Source: Crocinitomicaceae bacterium
GTDB lineage: Bacteria > Bacteroidota > Bacteroidia > Flavobacteriales_D > Crocinitomicaceae
Direction of reading: 5' to 3'
Assembly: GCA_030833845.1 (NCBI GenBank)
Contig: JAURGK010000001.1
Location: 97,468 to 161,467 of the forward strand
DNA length: 64,000 nucleotides
Both the position numbers and the translations under genes were made by a program. Positions within the stretch are counted from its first letter, which is position 1. Every line of letters starts with the position of its first letter. The notes beneath the pieces were generated by a model. That model was not told where the DNA came from and made no database searches. It saw only the letters and a list, made by a program, of their open reading frames with translations. Positions 8,224 through 18,468 of the stretch are shown here, piece by piece.

Positions 8224-10014
8224 TCAATGGATGTCGAGAATAAAAGGCAAGCGCATTTGCATACCCTTCATTTGATGAATTTTTGCAAATTTTTCATAGA
8301 AACGCAAAAAATCTGTTGGAATTGAGGCTCTTGTATGCGCCTCTTCGTTTTCAAACTCCTCGTCTAATAGCGCTAGAAGTGTATCGAATGTATTTGTTTG
8401 TTTCTTAGGGTAAAAAACCGACTCTTTTACCCCACAAGAGCGCTGCATGTCTTTAATTGCCTTCATCAAACCTCCCAATTGATCAACCAAACCACGGTTG
8501 CGTGCATCTGAACCGGTCCAAACACGACCACGCGCTATGGCATGCACTGCCTTCTTATTCTTGTTTCTGCCATCTGCCACACGCCCGATAAATTGCTCAT
8601 AAATTAAATCTACTTCGGACTGCATCATAGCAAATTCCTCTTCTTCTAAGCGGTGTGTTAGGGAAATATCACCAAAGCGGTGTGTTCGAACTTGATCTGT
8701 TGTGATGCCCAATTTAGCATTTAAAAAATCGCCGGCATAGGGTAAAATACCAAAAACACCTATTGACCCGGTAACTGTCATTGGTGATGCATAAATTTTT
8801 GCAGCGGGAGTTGCAATGTAATAACCACCCGAAGCTGCGTAATCACCCATCGAGACATATAATTTTTTCTTTGCTGCGGTGAGGGCAACTTCCTTCCAGA
8901 TTTCTTCACTTGCCATTGCAGACCCACCCGGACTATTAATGCGCAAAACGACTCCCTTCACGTCCTTATCTTCACGAACTTGACGTAACATTTTTGCCAT
9001 ACGTGCTGTGCTTATTTGATCTCCATCGGTTTGTACATCACCCTCGGCAAGAATGACTGCAATGTGCGCGGATTGCCTCGCCAATAATTGGTTGTCTTGA
9101 AAATTCTCTTTGGCGTATTTTGAGAAAGATTGCAAATGCAAGGGCGAATTTTTATCAATACCAACTTTTTTCTTGAGCAATGTTAAAACCTCATGCTTGT
9201 AAAGATTTTTATCAATGAAGCTAAACCTTTGGGCTTGTGTAAGATTTCTAATAGTCAAAGCATTGGCCAAAGAATCTAAGAGCAGGGTATCGGCTTTTAT
9301 AGAAGATGAAATCTCATTGCGCATTTGCCTCCAAATATTTGACAATAATACCTGCATTTGTTGACGACTAGAGTCGGACATTTCAGTGCGAAAGAAGGGC
9401 TCTACAGCACTTTTAAAATCATTCTCCTTTCCACGAACTACTACAATGCCTATCTGCAACTCATCTAGTAATTTTTTAAAAAACATACTCTCTGCATGCA
9501 GACCATTCCATAAAAAGGTAGCGCCATACATACCGTATTGCTCATTGCAAGCACTACTCACAAAATAATCTTGCTTGCCAATTTGTTCTCCCGACAAATA
9601 GGCTACGGCAAATTTTCCCGAAAGCTGGAATTCTTTGATTGCTTCGCGCAACTCAGAAGCGGTTGCCATTCCCATAGACACACCCTTCATTTCAAGAAAA
9701 ATTCCCTTGACTTTTGGGTCACTTGCTGCCTCCTTCAAGCCAAACAATATTTCTGGTAGCCCCATGGCTTGGTTCAGTTGAAAGGTACTAGGATCAAAAG
9801 ATTCCTCTGAAACATCTTGAATCGTTCCAGATAATTTTAAATGTAAGACCGTTTTATCTTCAAGAGCAAGAGGCGCTGGTCCAAAATCACCAAAAGAACC
9901 AATGATTCCGCCTAAAATCAAGAAGAAAAAAATCATCCCGACTAAACCCGCAATAAAAACGGCTAAAAAACTTGGCCAAAATATCTTTGAAAAAGAAGTA
10001 CTGTTTTCTGACAT
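8224..10014 (-). CDS. sppA: Signal peptide peptidase SppA, 67K type (protease IV, S49 family)
   Basis: N-terminal TM segment, two S49/ClpP-like halves, and Ser-nucleophile region GDYAASGGYYIATPAAKIYASPMTVTGSIGV. Confidence 0.9.
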   Translation of the reverse strand: MSENSTSFSKIFWPSFLAVFIAGLVGMIFFFLILGGIIGSFGDFGPAPLALEDKTVLHLKLSGTIQDVSEESFDPSTFQLNQAMGLPEILFGLKEAASDPKVKGIFLEMKGVSMGMATASELREAIKEFQLSGKFAVAYLSGEQIGKQDYFVSSACNEQYGMYGATFLWNGLHAESMFFKKLLDELQIGIVVVRGKENDFKSAVEPFFRTEMSDSSRQQMQVLLSNIWRQMRNEISSSIKADTLLLDSLANALTIRNLTQAQRFSFIDKNLYKHEVLTLLKKKVGIDKNSPLHLQSFSKYAKENFQDNQLLARQSAHIAVILAEGDVQTDGDQISTARMAKMLRQVREDKDVKGVVLRINSPGGSAMASEEIWKEVALTAAKKKLYVSMGDYAASGGYYIATPAAKIYASPMTVTGSIGVFGILPYAGDFLNAKLGITTDQVRTHRFGDISLTHRLEEEEFAMMQSEVDLIYEQFIGRVADGRNKNKKAVHAIARGRVWTGSDARNRGLVDQLGGLMKAIKDMQRSCGVKESVFYPKKQTNTFDTLLALLDEEFENEEAHTRASIPTDFLRFYEKFAKIHQMKGMQMRLPFILDIH

Positions 10015-10015
10015 T

Positions 10016-13012
10016 TTATGAATTTAAAAGTGTATGTAGACCGATGCGATTTACCGGATTGATACGCAACGTGAAACGTATTTTTTGCGCGTAATTGGTA
10101 AATAATTCATCGGCCATAAAATTACCTTCAGGCCCGGCATTTGAACCCGACAATAGCGGGAAGTATAGTCCAAATACCTTGCCGAATCGAAGCGCAAGGC
10201 CCGCATTGTAGTATGAATCTATCGTTTTGAATGCGCCAGCACCCATGCCGTAATCGACAAAAGCACCCAAAATATTTGGCTTGATGGGCAATTGTGCAAA
10301 AACAGTTGCAGTAGAAAGCCAACGAAGATTACTACCGGCAGCGTTACCAGTATGGAATTGTCCATGCCGATCCATACGCTGCGAAGACCATAGTCCGCTT
10401 GTTTCAGATCTTCCAAAATTATAATCTTCCAAAAATAAATCTTGCTGCCCTTGCAAGCCATTTATGGACCAAAACAAACGGCTTGCATCCAAATTATTCG
10501 ATAACTGACTTGCAAAAGTATAAGCACCAAACAAATTGAGTTCAATTTTACGATCTAAAGTACCAACTCGATATTTGAACGTTTGGTTCAAATTAGACCA
10601 CATTCGAGAAGTAAATTGTTTGTCATCTGGGCTAATTTCTTGCTCAAAAAACTCGTATCGATTGATCCATTGTAACTGATAGGCTGGTTTTCTGTAGTTC
10701 ATAGTATGCTGTACAAAGAAGCCACGTTCTTTTGAAAAAATCGACGCCACATTGCTCTTAGCAAGCCCTTGAATCAATAAATCATAATGCACAGAGTGAC
10801 GCGCTTTGCGCTCGCCGTAATTGATGGCTAAGTAAGGAGATAATGCGACAAAATATTGGTTTTTATTGATGCGGTCGGTGCCAAAAGATTTAACAGAGAG
10901 GCCCAAGCGCATGAGTTCAATAGCTTTAGTGGGCAAAATTTGATAGGAGAATTCAGCGATTCCAACTGGACGTATTCGAGATGTGCTGAGCATTGGGCTC
11001 ATGAGATAGGTGAATTTTTTGGGAGCCAAACCAATATTATGCAAGGTAAGACCAGTCATGAGGCCATCATAAGCATTGCCTCCAAGCATTGGTGTCCAGA
11101 AAATTGCAGTTTGGTCTTTTTGATGGTCACCGAATAAAAATTCAAATTTGATGGGTTCAAGTTTATGAAAAGTCTGGTCTTTGACCCAAAGGTTATTTTG
11201 ACGATTGAGTTCGGGGATATCATTATTGCGATCTATTTCCACCTTGGTGATTTCTCCTATGGGTGTTGTTGCTGTTACTGATTTTTGACCTGGCTCAGCC
11301 CATATTGTTTCTAGCAGTTCGTTTTGTCCATAAACATTCACTTCCACAGGGCCGTTTATTTGGCCTTTGTTAACTAAGTTAATCACAGTGCCATTCTTGC
11401 CCATCTGAACCGATTTTAACTTGTAATCTAGGTGTTTGGTTGTTTCAATGAGATCATCGAATAACCAAGTTAAATCTTTACCCGTTTGAGTCTCGAGCAC
11501 TTTTCTAAGATCTGCAGGCTGCGGATGTTTAAATTTCCACTCTTGATAATAGGCAGACATCGCTGCATCAAATTTTTCTGCACCCAAATAATCCATCAAA
11601 TAGTAGAATACTACACCGGTCTTTTGATACATGATTGCTCCATAATTCAGACTCGAAAAATCATCAGAATGCAATTCAAGTGGCTGATCAAGGCCAAAAC
11701 TTGCCAAACTACGGTACGTTATGTCACCCGAATCATGATGATCGAGGTCATTGAGATGAAAACGACCACCAGCCACCATATCAGAAAAACGGGTGTTGTT
11801 TGGGTACTTGGTTTGGACGTAGCGCATTTCATTGAGTGTATTGAGACCCTCGTCCATCCAACCGTGAATGCGTTCGTTGGATCCTAAAATCCCATAAAAC
11901 CAATTATGCCCCACTTCGTGCACTATGACTACCTCTAATTCTTCCTTTGAACTGGCATTTCCAATGACAGTGATCATAGGGTATTCCATGCCGCCACCCG
12001 CACTGATTGTACCATCTATGGCTGTTACATGCTTGTAAGGATAGTCACCGTTCCAAAGCGAATAATAATAAGTGCCGTCATTGATATACTCTAAAGAATT
12101 GGCCCAGAGTTTGGCATTCTGAGGCGTAAACATGGCCCAACTTGTAACGGTATCTTTTGAATGAGGCAAAACTACTTCGCCTTTGAGTACTAAAAAGCGC
12201 TTATCGGCAAACCAAGCAAAGTCGTGGACACGATCTTGTTTGTATTGAATTGTTTTCCATTCTGATGACGACTCAGGGAAAGTTTTAGAGCGGTCGGTTT
12301 GTTCTTTTAAAAGTTTCTCGAGTTTTTTCTTACTCTCAGCCACTTTGGTATCGAGAAAGTTTAGTTCGCTTTGTGTTTGAAGCTCACCTGTTGCACCAAC
12401 GATGTAGTTTACCGGCACAGTAATTTTTACATCGAAACTACCAAACTCTGAATAAAATTCACCTTGATTCAGGTAAGGCATAGCATTCCAACCGTTCTGA
12501 TCATACACCGCAGGCTTAGGGTACCATTGTGTAATCTGATAAGACTGCCCAATATGACCTAATCGAGATAAGCTACCTGATGGGATTTGTACTTTAAAAG
12601 GTGTGGAAATCAAAAGTGTTTCTCCAGGCCTTAACGGATCTGCTAAATGAATAACCGCAATATCAATGTGTTCAGCACTATATTCCCAAGAAGCTGAAAG
12701 TCCATTGATTTTAAAATCCAAGGAATCAATAAATCCTAGATCCGTAGGATCTGCCTTGGCTAATTTATCGCCTTCATTTCGCTTGAGTTGCTGCGCCAAT
12801 GCCGTCTCTTTGTTTTTATAGGCATTGGGCCAAATATGCATATAGATCTCATTGAGATCGCTCGAAGAATTGTTCTTGTATGCTATGGATTCATTGCCAC
12901 GCAATACATGGTTGCGATCATCGAGCTTAACTTCAATCTGGTAACTCACATCTTGTTGAAAATATTGCGAAAACCCAGTAAAAGGCAGTAATAACAAAAG
13001 GATTTTTTTCAT
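10016..13012 (-). CDS. Secreted M1-family zinc metallopeptidase with a roughly 380-aa C-terminal extension of unknown fold
   Basis: Signal peptide MKKILLLLLPFTGFSQ. Gluzincin motif HEVGHNWFYG...(18 aa)...WMDEG. The stop codon lies 1 nt before the sppA start. Confidence 0.85.
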   Translation of the reverse strand: MKKILLLLLPFTGFSQYFQQDVSYQIEVKLDDRNHVLRGNESIAYKNNSSSDLNEIYMHIWPNAYKNKETALAQQLKRNEGDKLAKADPTDLGFIDSLDFKINGLSASWEYSAEHIDIAVIHLADPLRPGETLLISTPFKVQIPSGSLSRLGHIGQSYQITQWYPKPAVYDQNGWNAMPYLNQGEFYSEFGSFDVKITVPVNYIVGATGELQTQSELNFLDTKVAESKKKLEKLLKEQTDRSKTFPESSSEWKTIQYKQDRVHDFAWFADKRFLVLKGEVVLPHSKDTVTSWAMFTPQNAKLWANSLEYINDGTYYYSLWNGDYPYKHVTAIDGTISAGGGMEYPMITVIGNASSKEELEVVIVHEVGHNWFYGILGSNERIHGWMDEGLNTLNEMRYVQTKYPNNTRFSDMVAGGRFHLNDLDHHDSGDITYRSLASFGLDQPLELHSDDFSSLNYGAIMYQKTGVVFYYLMDYLGAEKFDAAMSAYYQEWKFKHPQPADLRKVLETQTGKDLTWLFDDLIETTKHLDYKLKSVQMGKNGTVINLVNKGQINGPVEVNVYGQNELLETIWAEPGQKSVTATTPIGEITKVEIDRNNDIPELNRQNNLWVKDQTFHKLEPIKFEFLFGDHQKDQTAIFWTPMLGGNAYDGLMTGLTLHNIGLAPKKFTYLMSPMLSTSRIRPVGIAEFSYQILPTKAIELMRLGLSVKSFGTDRINKNQYFVALSPYLAINYGERKARHSVHYDLLIQGLAKSNVASIFSKERGFFVQHTMNYRKPAYQLQWINRYEFFEQEISPDDKQFTSRMWSNLNQTFKYRVGTLDRKIELNLFGAYTFASQLSNNLDASRLFWSINGLQGQQDLFLEDYNFGRSETSGLWSSQRMDRHGQFHTGNAAGSNLRWLSTATVFAQLPIKPNILGAFVDYGMGAGAFKTIDSYYNAGLALRFGKVFGLYFPLLSGSNAGPEGNFMADELFTNYAQKIRFTLRINPVNRIGLHTLLNS

Positions 13013-13050
13013 CGTGGAGATTTGAAATAAAGGTACAAAGTTTTAAATTA

Positions 13051-13074
13051 AAAAAAAGCCACCCGAAGGTGGCT
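13051..13074 (-). terminator. Intrinsic terminator downstream of the 13105-15777 gene
   Basis: Stem AGCCACC/GGTGGCT (13057-13063 and 13068-13074) with loop CGAA. A T-run follows on the minus strand (plus-strand A-run 13051-13057). Confidence 0.75.
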
Positions 13075-13104
13075 TTTTGAATCAAAAGGTTTAAATGAAA
13101 TTTA

Positions 13105-15777
13105 TTAATATTTTACAATTCTTTGAACGTTATAGGACGTTTCGCTTTGAATTGATATCAAATAAGTACCTGAGGTTAAAGATGACAAATCGAGGAGGTA
13201 TTCCATACCATTAATAAAATTCTCAACGATGATTTTGCCACTTAGATCTGTCAAGATTAAGGATGCTGAAATTTGGTTATTGAATGAAATTTTCACCTCT
13301 CCAGAAGTTGGATTTGGTGAAATTTGAGCACTTAATTCTAGGTCATTCAATCCAAGAATACCATCCACTCCATCGCAGTTTTCATCTATTCCGTTGCCTT
13401 GGGTGTCTGGGGCTCCAGGATAGACTGCGTTGTTGCTGTCATCGCAGTCTCCGTTTTGAGTGGAATAACCAACAATTGGATCACAAGAAACTGTAGGGTT
13501 ACCAATTCCAAATCCATCACCATCACCATCGAAATAATAATTCAAGAACGTAAGGCCTTCATCTACCTGGCCATCACAATTGTTATCCAATCCATCACAG
13601 ATCTCCGGTGCACCCGGATAAATGGTATTGTCCATATCATCACAGTCGCCACCGATTGTAATAGTGTTGGCTGGTTGAACGCAAGTTACAACACCTGTAG
13701 CATCGTCACCAAAGCCATCTTGATCGGCATCGATATAGTAGGCCACTGGATATGTGATGGAGGCATCGTTATCGTTACAATCATCAAATGCCAATACATA
13801 ACCATTGGGTTGATCACATCCGGTAATAGACACATTATAATTACCTACCTGATCATTATCTAAATCCTGATACCAAATCGTATTTGGATTGATCGCCGCA
13901 TCGGCATCGTTACAATCTAGGTTGTTGGATACGTAACCTAAAGGTGCATTACAAAGGAGTGTATCGTTAGAAGGATCTCCAAATCCGTCGCCATCCGCAT
14001 CCACATAATAAAGACTTGGTGTAATGGAAAGGGCATTACCCCAAACTGAAACATTGTCCATGCGCAAGGTAGAGGTAGCAGTTGCTTGACTAGTCACATA
14101 GAACCTAAAAGTAACGCTTGCAATATTGGCAAAAGCTGCTGGTAGATTCACAGTATCTGCCAAAAATACATTACCATTCCAAGCAGATCCGATGGTGTCG
14201 ATGTCTGAGGCGAAGTTGTCTAGGCTTGAACGTAAGTGGATTGTTGGAGTACCCCCCGTTGAACTCGTGCGGTGGTTGAATGCCAATTTAGACAAACTTA
14301 AATTCGTACAGTTCGCACCTGTGAGGGTGAATTCATTGTATTGATTTAAGTCTAAAACAGCACTTTGATTCCAACCGCTGCGGTTAAAAATACCACCACC
14401 GGCTGCACAGTTTGTCCCAGTGGCTGAAAAGTCTGAGAAAGTCCAGTTGGCACTAGAGTTAGTTGCAGCTACGTCTTGAACAGAACAATCCGTTGTGCCA
14501 GCAAATTCATAGATACCTAATTGTAAAGGTGCATCAAAACCGCTGCAATCTTCATCAATACCGTTGCCCGGAATGTCAAAAGCACCTGGGTAAATTGCAT
14601 TATTGGTGTCGTCACAATCCAAATCGTTAGCAACGTATCCTGCAATGGGACTACAACCAACTTGAGATACAGCGGCATTTCCAAAACCATCATTATCTAG
14701 ATCTTGATAATAGGTAATTGAGCCAACGATCGATAAATTCAGCGTGATGGTACTATCACAACCATTTGTATTTTGTGTGAGTTGCGTGTAGGTCCCAGAT
14801 GCGGTATAAGTTTGACCATTGAGCGTATAGTCTCCACAATTGGTGATGTTCAAGGTGGATGTCGTAGGATTATTGATCGTCAGATTTAAATTAATGATTG
14901 AATCGCAACCCGCCGCATTCGCATTGCTGAGTGTCTGTACGTAGGTGCCTGAAGAAGTGTATGTTTGTGCGTTGAGTGTATAGCTTGAACAAGCTGTAGC
15001 ACTCATGGTATTATAAGTGATACAAGAAGTTGCAGAAGAAGGCGTTACCGATGTCCAGGTCTCTCCTGCACGTATTTCATCTATTTCAAAAGTACCAATT
15101 CCCGTTGCCTGACGCAGTGCAATGGATTGGATACCATTTGTTGGCCATGAAGAACTGCCCTGAGAGTTAGTAGCACCTGCTACGGGTTCAGCAGCTCCAG
15201 GAATAGGATTCAACCATATACTCGCATCAATGCCCCCACCTGCATTTTGAGCAGCCTTGGCAACAACAAAATACGTTGTATTTGGATTTAGATCTTGTGC
15301 GATGTAATCAGGAGTCACGGCTCCTCCACTCGTATTTAAAATACCAAGTTTAAATGTAGTTGCTGTGGACCCAAGTGCGACATATAATCTTGGGAAATAA
15401 ATGGACAATGATGATCCGGTAGTACCCCCAAAAGCTATGAAATAACTACCTGTGGCCGTCATATTGGATAAATCAGTCACGTTGATTAAAAATGAAAAAT
15501 AGCCCACATTGCCTGAAGTTGTGAATGGAAAATTGATGTCCTCTGCAACCGAACCAGACATCGCAACCCTATTTCCTTGTGGTATTGGGAGGCCAGGATA
15601 AACCAAACTATTGCCACTTCCTGAAGGTGTAGTCAATGCTGTGATTGGCCCTGTTGTTCCGCTGTGAACAGTCCAACCATTGGCTGAAGCTAGGCCGCTG
15701 AAGTTAAATGGCTCATAAAGCTGAGCTGAAATATTAAAAGTAAAAAAGACAAACAATGTAAGTAATACTCTAATCAT
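13105..15777 (-). CDS. T9SS-secreted protein with a LamG-like N-terminal region and multiple MopE-like putative metal-binding Cys/Asp repeats
   Basis: Start placed at MIRVLLTLFVFFTFNISAQ (signal peptide). Repeated modules have the form Y.D.D.DGFG...C....GYV.N..DC.D....I.PGA.E..(D)G.D..CDG. The C-terminal T9SS sorting domain is ISPNPTSGEVKISF...SGTYLISIQSE...RIVKY. Confidence 0.8.
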   Translation of the reverse strand: MIRVLLTLFVFFTFNISAQLYEPFNFSGLASANGWTVHSGTTGPITALTTPSGSGNSLVYPGLPIPQGNRVAMSGSVAEDINFPFTTSGNVGYFSFLINVTDLSNMTATGSYFIAFGGTTGSSLSIYFPRLYVALGSTATTFKLGILNTSGGAVTPDYIAQDLNPNTTYFVVAKAAQNAGGGIDASIWLNPIPGAAEPVAGATNSQGSSSWPTNGIQSIALRQATGIGTFEIDEIRAGETWTSVTPSSATSCITYNTMSATACSSYTLNAQTYTSSGTYVQTLSNANAAGCDSIINLNLTINNPTTSTLNITNCGDYTLNGQTYTASGTYTQLTQNTNGCDSTITLNLSIVGSITYYQDLDNDGFGNAAVSQVGCSPIAGYVANDLDCDDTNNAIYPGAFDIPGNGIDEDCSGFDAPLQLGIYEFAGTTDCSVQDVAATNSSANWTFSDFSATGTNCAAGGGIFNRSGWNQSAVLDLNQYNEFTLTGANCTNLSLSKLAFNHRTSSTGGTPTIHLRSSLDNFASDIDTIGSAWNGNVFLADTVNLPAAFANIASVTFRFYVTSQATATSTLRMDNVSVWGNALSITPSLYYVDADGDGFGDPSNDTLLCNAPLGYVSNNLDCNDADAAINPNTIWYQDLDNDQVGNYNVSITGCDQPNGYVLAFDDCNDNDASITYPVAYYIDADQDGFGDDATGVVTCVQPANTITIGGDCDDMDNTIYPGAPEICDGLDNNCDGQVDEGLTFLNYYFDGDGDGFGIGNPTVSCDPIVGYSTQNGDCDDSNNAVYPGAPDTQGNGIDENCDGVDGILGLNDLELSAQISPNPTSGEVKISFNNQISASLILTDLSGKIIVENFINGMEYLLDLSSLTSGTYLISIQSETSYNVQRIVKY

Positions 15778-15850
15778 GATATTTTTTTTTATTCTATAAA
15801 AATACGCAATTCTATTCTTTTGCAAATAAAATTTAAGTAAAGGATATATT

Positions 15851-15874
15851 AAAAAAGGCGGAGTATTCTCCGCC
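15851..15874 (-). terminator. Intrinsic terminator downstream of pnp
   Basis: Stem GGCGGAG/CTCCGCC (15857-15863 and 15868-15874) with loop TATT. A T6 run follows on the minus strand. Confidence 0.75.
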
Positions 15875-15896
15875 TTTCATATTGATTATTAGCAAA

Positions 15897-18047
15897 TTAT
15901 TCTGCTGAAGCTTGCTCAGGAGCTGGGCGTTCTGGGCGTGGCAACAAAACTTTGCGAGATAATTTCCACTTCTTAGTTTTAGGATCTTTGCCTATCACCT
16001 TAAAGGTTAACATCTCACCTTCTTTGACTACGTCGTCCATTTTTGCGGTTTTCTCCCAGGCAAATTCAGAAATATGAATCAAGCCATCGGTACCGGGAAC
16101 TATCTCAACAAAACAACCAAACTCTTTGACAGACTTCACCTTGCCTTCGTAAGTGGCTCCGTCTTCAACTTGAGGTGGGAAGGCAATCTGACGAATGAGG
16201 CGAATCGCTTCAGCCATATCATTGCCATTGTTAGAGAGCACTTGAACACGACCTTCACCATTTGGCAATTCTTCAATTGTAATGGTGGTTTTGGTTTCTT
16301 TTTGAAGACCTTGGATAATCTTACCACCAGGGCCAATAATAGCACCAATCATTTCATTTGGCACATTAAATGCTTCTAAACGCGGCGTTTGAGGCTTCAT
16401 TTCTGGACGCGGAGCTGGCATCGTTTCGGTGATTTTACCTAAAATATGCATACGGCCGGCTTTTGATTGCTCTAAGGCCTGCGTAAGGACTTCATATGGC
16501 AAACCATCTACCTTGATATCCATTTGGCAAGCTGTGATTCCTTTGGCAGTACCTGTAACTTTGAAGTCCATGTCTCCAAGGTGATCTTCATCTCCAAGGA
16601 TGTCTGAAAGTACAGCAAATTTACCTTCATCAGCGACCAAACCCATGGCGATTCCTGAAACTGGTGCTTTGATGGGCACACCGCCATCCATGAGCGCTAA
16701 AGTTCCTGCACAAACTGTTGCCATCGAAGAAGAACCGTTTGACTCTAAAATATCCGAAACAATACGCACTGCATAAGGATAATCTTCTGGCATCACAGGC
16801 TTAAGTGCACGGAGTGCTAAGTTTCCATGACCAATCTCACGACGTGAGGTACCACGCAAAGGCTTGGCTTCTCCGGTTGAGAATGGCGGGAAATTGTAGT
16901 GTAGTAAAAATTTCTCCGTACCTTGAAAGGTAGCACCATCGATGAGTTGCTCATCCATTTTACCACCGAGGGTGAGTGTGGTGAGCGATTGTGTTTCACC
17001 GCGAGTGAAAACTGCTGAACCATGCACCATCGGCAAATAATCTACCTCGGCCCAAATTGGTCGAATCTCGTCAAACTGGCGGCCATCTAGGCGCTTGCGG
17101 TCATTGAGCATCACCCAACGCACTGCTTTTTTCTTTACTTCAGAGAAATATGTTGAAATGAATTTCGAAGCATGTTCAAGTTCTTCTTCGGCAAATGCCG
17201 CCTTAACTTCTGCTTTAATTTCGTCGAATAGTTCAGTTCTTTTTGCTTTGTTAGCAAGTCCCATTCTAGCGACATCTTTACATTTTTCCATGGCCAAATC
17301 GAATACTTTGGCACGAACTTCATCGTCGTGGATTTCATGCGAGTATTCGCGCTTTGGATTGGCAGTTGGAATCTCAGCTGCCAAAGACAGTTGAAAATTA
17401 CATTGATCAATGATCGCAGTATGTGCCAATTTAATTACCTCTACCAACTCAGCCTCAGAAATCTCTTGCATTTCTCCTTCGAGCATATTGATGTCCTTGG
17501 CAGTACCGGCAATCATCACATCGATATCTGATAGTGCCATTTCTGCCATTGTAGGATTGATAATAAATTCACCATTCACACGGCCCACTCGCACTTCAGA
17601 CATTGGCCCATTGAATGGAATATCTGAAACTGCAATAGCAGCAGAAGCCGCAAAACCGCAAAGCGCATCTGGATTATTGACGCCATCGTAAGATAACAAT
17701 TGAATCATTACCTGAACTTCTGCATGGTAATCATCTGGAAAAAGCGGACGCAATGCGCGGTCTACCAAACGCATCACTAAAATTTCTGTCTCAGAAGGAC
17801 GAGCTTCGCGGCGGAAAAAACCACCAGGAAAACGTCCTGCGGCCGCATATTTTTCACGGTAATCAACCGTTAATGGAAGAAAATCTACTCCTTCCTTTGC
17901 ATCTTGTGCTGCCACAACAGTAGCGAGCAACATGGTGTCGCCCATGCGCACCACAACAGAACCGTCGGCCTGCTTTGCCAATTTTCCGGTCTCTACAAGG
18001 ATTTCCTTGCCACCGGTCATTATTGACTTTCTTGTTCCTATATTCAT
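15897..18047 (-). CDS. pnp: Polyribonucleotide nucleotidyltransferase (PNPase)
   Basis: 716 aa with two RNase PH domains, a KH domain ([15 protein letters not shown]) and an S1 domain ([17 protein letters not shown]). Confidence 0.97.
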   Translation of the reverse strand: MNIGTRKSIMTGGKEILVETGKLAKQADGSVVVRMGDTMLLATVVAAQDAKEGVDFLPLTVDYREKYAAAGRFPGGFFRREARPSETEILVMRLVDRALRPLFPDDYHAEVQVMIQLLSYDGVNNPDALCGFAASAAIAVSDIPFNGPMSEVRVGRVNGEFIINPTMAEMALSDIDVMIAGTAKDINMLEGEMQEISEAELVEVIKLAHTAIIDQCNFQLSLAAEIPTANPKREYSHEIHDDEVRAKVFDLAMEKCKDVARMGLANKAKRTELFDEIKAEVKAAFAEEELEHASKFISTYFSEVKKKAVRWVMLNDRKRLDGRQFDEIRPIWAEVDYLPMVHGSAVFTRGETQSLTTLTLGGKMDEQLIDGATFQGTEKFLLHYNFPPFSTGEAKPLRGTSRREIGHGNLALRALKPVMPEDYPYAVRIVSDILESNGSSSMATVCAGTLALMDGGVPIKAPVSGIAMGLVADEGKFAVLSDILGDEDHLGDMDFKVTGTAKGITACQMDIKVDGLPYEVLTQALEQSKAGRMHILGKITETMPAPRPEMKPQTPRLEAFNVPNEMIGAIIGPGGKIIQGLQKETKTTITIEELPNGEGRVQVLSNNGNDMAEAIRLIRQIAFPPQVEDGATYEGKVKSVKEFGCFVEIVPGTDGLIHISEFAWEKTAKMDDVVKEGEMLTFKVIGKDPKTKKWKLSRKVLLPRPERPAPEQASAE

Positions 18048-18070
18048 CTTTATTTATTTACAACTTTTAA

Positions 18071-18106
18071 AACAAAAGAAGGGGCTCTCGATGTTATCGA
18101 AGCCCC
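18071..18106 (-). terminator. rpsO terminator / pnp leader hairpin
   Basis: GC-rich hairpin GGGGCT(C)TCGAT-GTT-ATCGAAGCCCC at 18081-18106. On the minus strand it is followed by TTCTTTTGTTTT. It lies between the rpsO stop and the pnp start. Confidence 0.6.
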
Positions 18107-18141
18107 CTCTCCCATAAATTTTATTCCGACTTGACCTAGGA

Positions 18142-18411
18142 TTAACGACGTAATCCTAATTCTTTGATCAAAGCACGGTATTTCTCAATATCTTTCGCCT
18201 TGAGGTAATCAAGTAAACTACGGCGCTTACCAACGAGCAACTGAAGTGCACGTTGTGTACCGAAGTCTTTGCGGTTCTTTTTCAAATGCTCAGTAAGGTG
18301 AGCAATACGAAAGGTGAAAAGAGCAATTTGCCCCTCTGTTGAACCGGTGTTAGTTTCCGAACCACCGTGTTTTGCGAAGATTTCTTTCTTCTTTGCTGAA
18401 TCTAAATACAT
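18142..18411 (-). CDS. rpsO: 30S ribosomal protein S15
   Basis: 89 aa: MYLDSAKKKEIFAKHGGSETNTGSTEGQIALFTFRIAHLTEHLKKNRKDFGTQRALQLLVGKRRSLLDYLKAKDIEKYRALIKELGLRR. The ORF-track N-terminal extension to 18666 is rejected. Confidence 0.97.
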   Translation of the reverse strand: MYLDSAKKKEIFAKHGGSETNTGSTEGQIALFTFRIAHLTEHLKKNRKDFGTQRALQLLVGKRRSLLDYLKAKDIEKYRALIKELGLRR

Positions 18412-18468
18412 GCTAATATTTTTGTAAATGATTATTATGTAGACTGGCCACCTTGGCCAATACGGCTG

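Noticed and set aside
15778-15825. ORF-track N-terminal extensions upstream of clear signal peptides or conserved starts: 13105-15825, 24740-24802, 26187-26273, 21384-21431, 22397-22471, 20091-20123, 37119-37211 and 1521-1538.
   Set aside because: In each case an internal ATG gives a canonical signal peptide or a conserved family N-terminus. The extension overlaps the preceding gene, a terminator or a promoter box.
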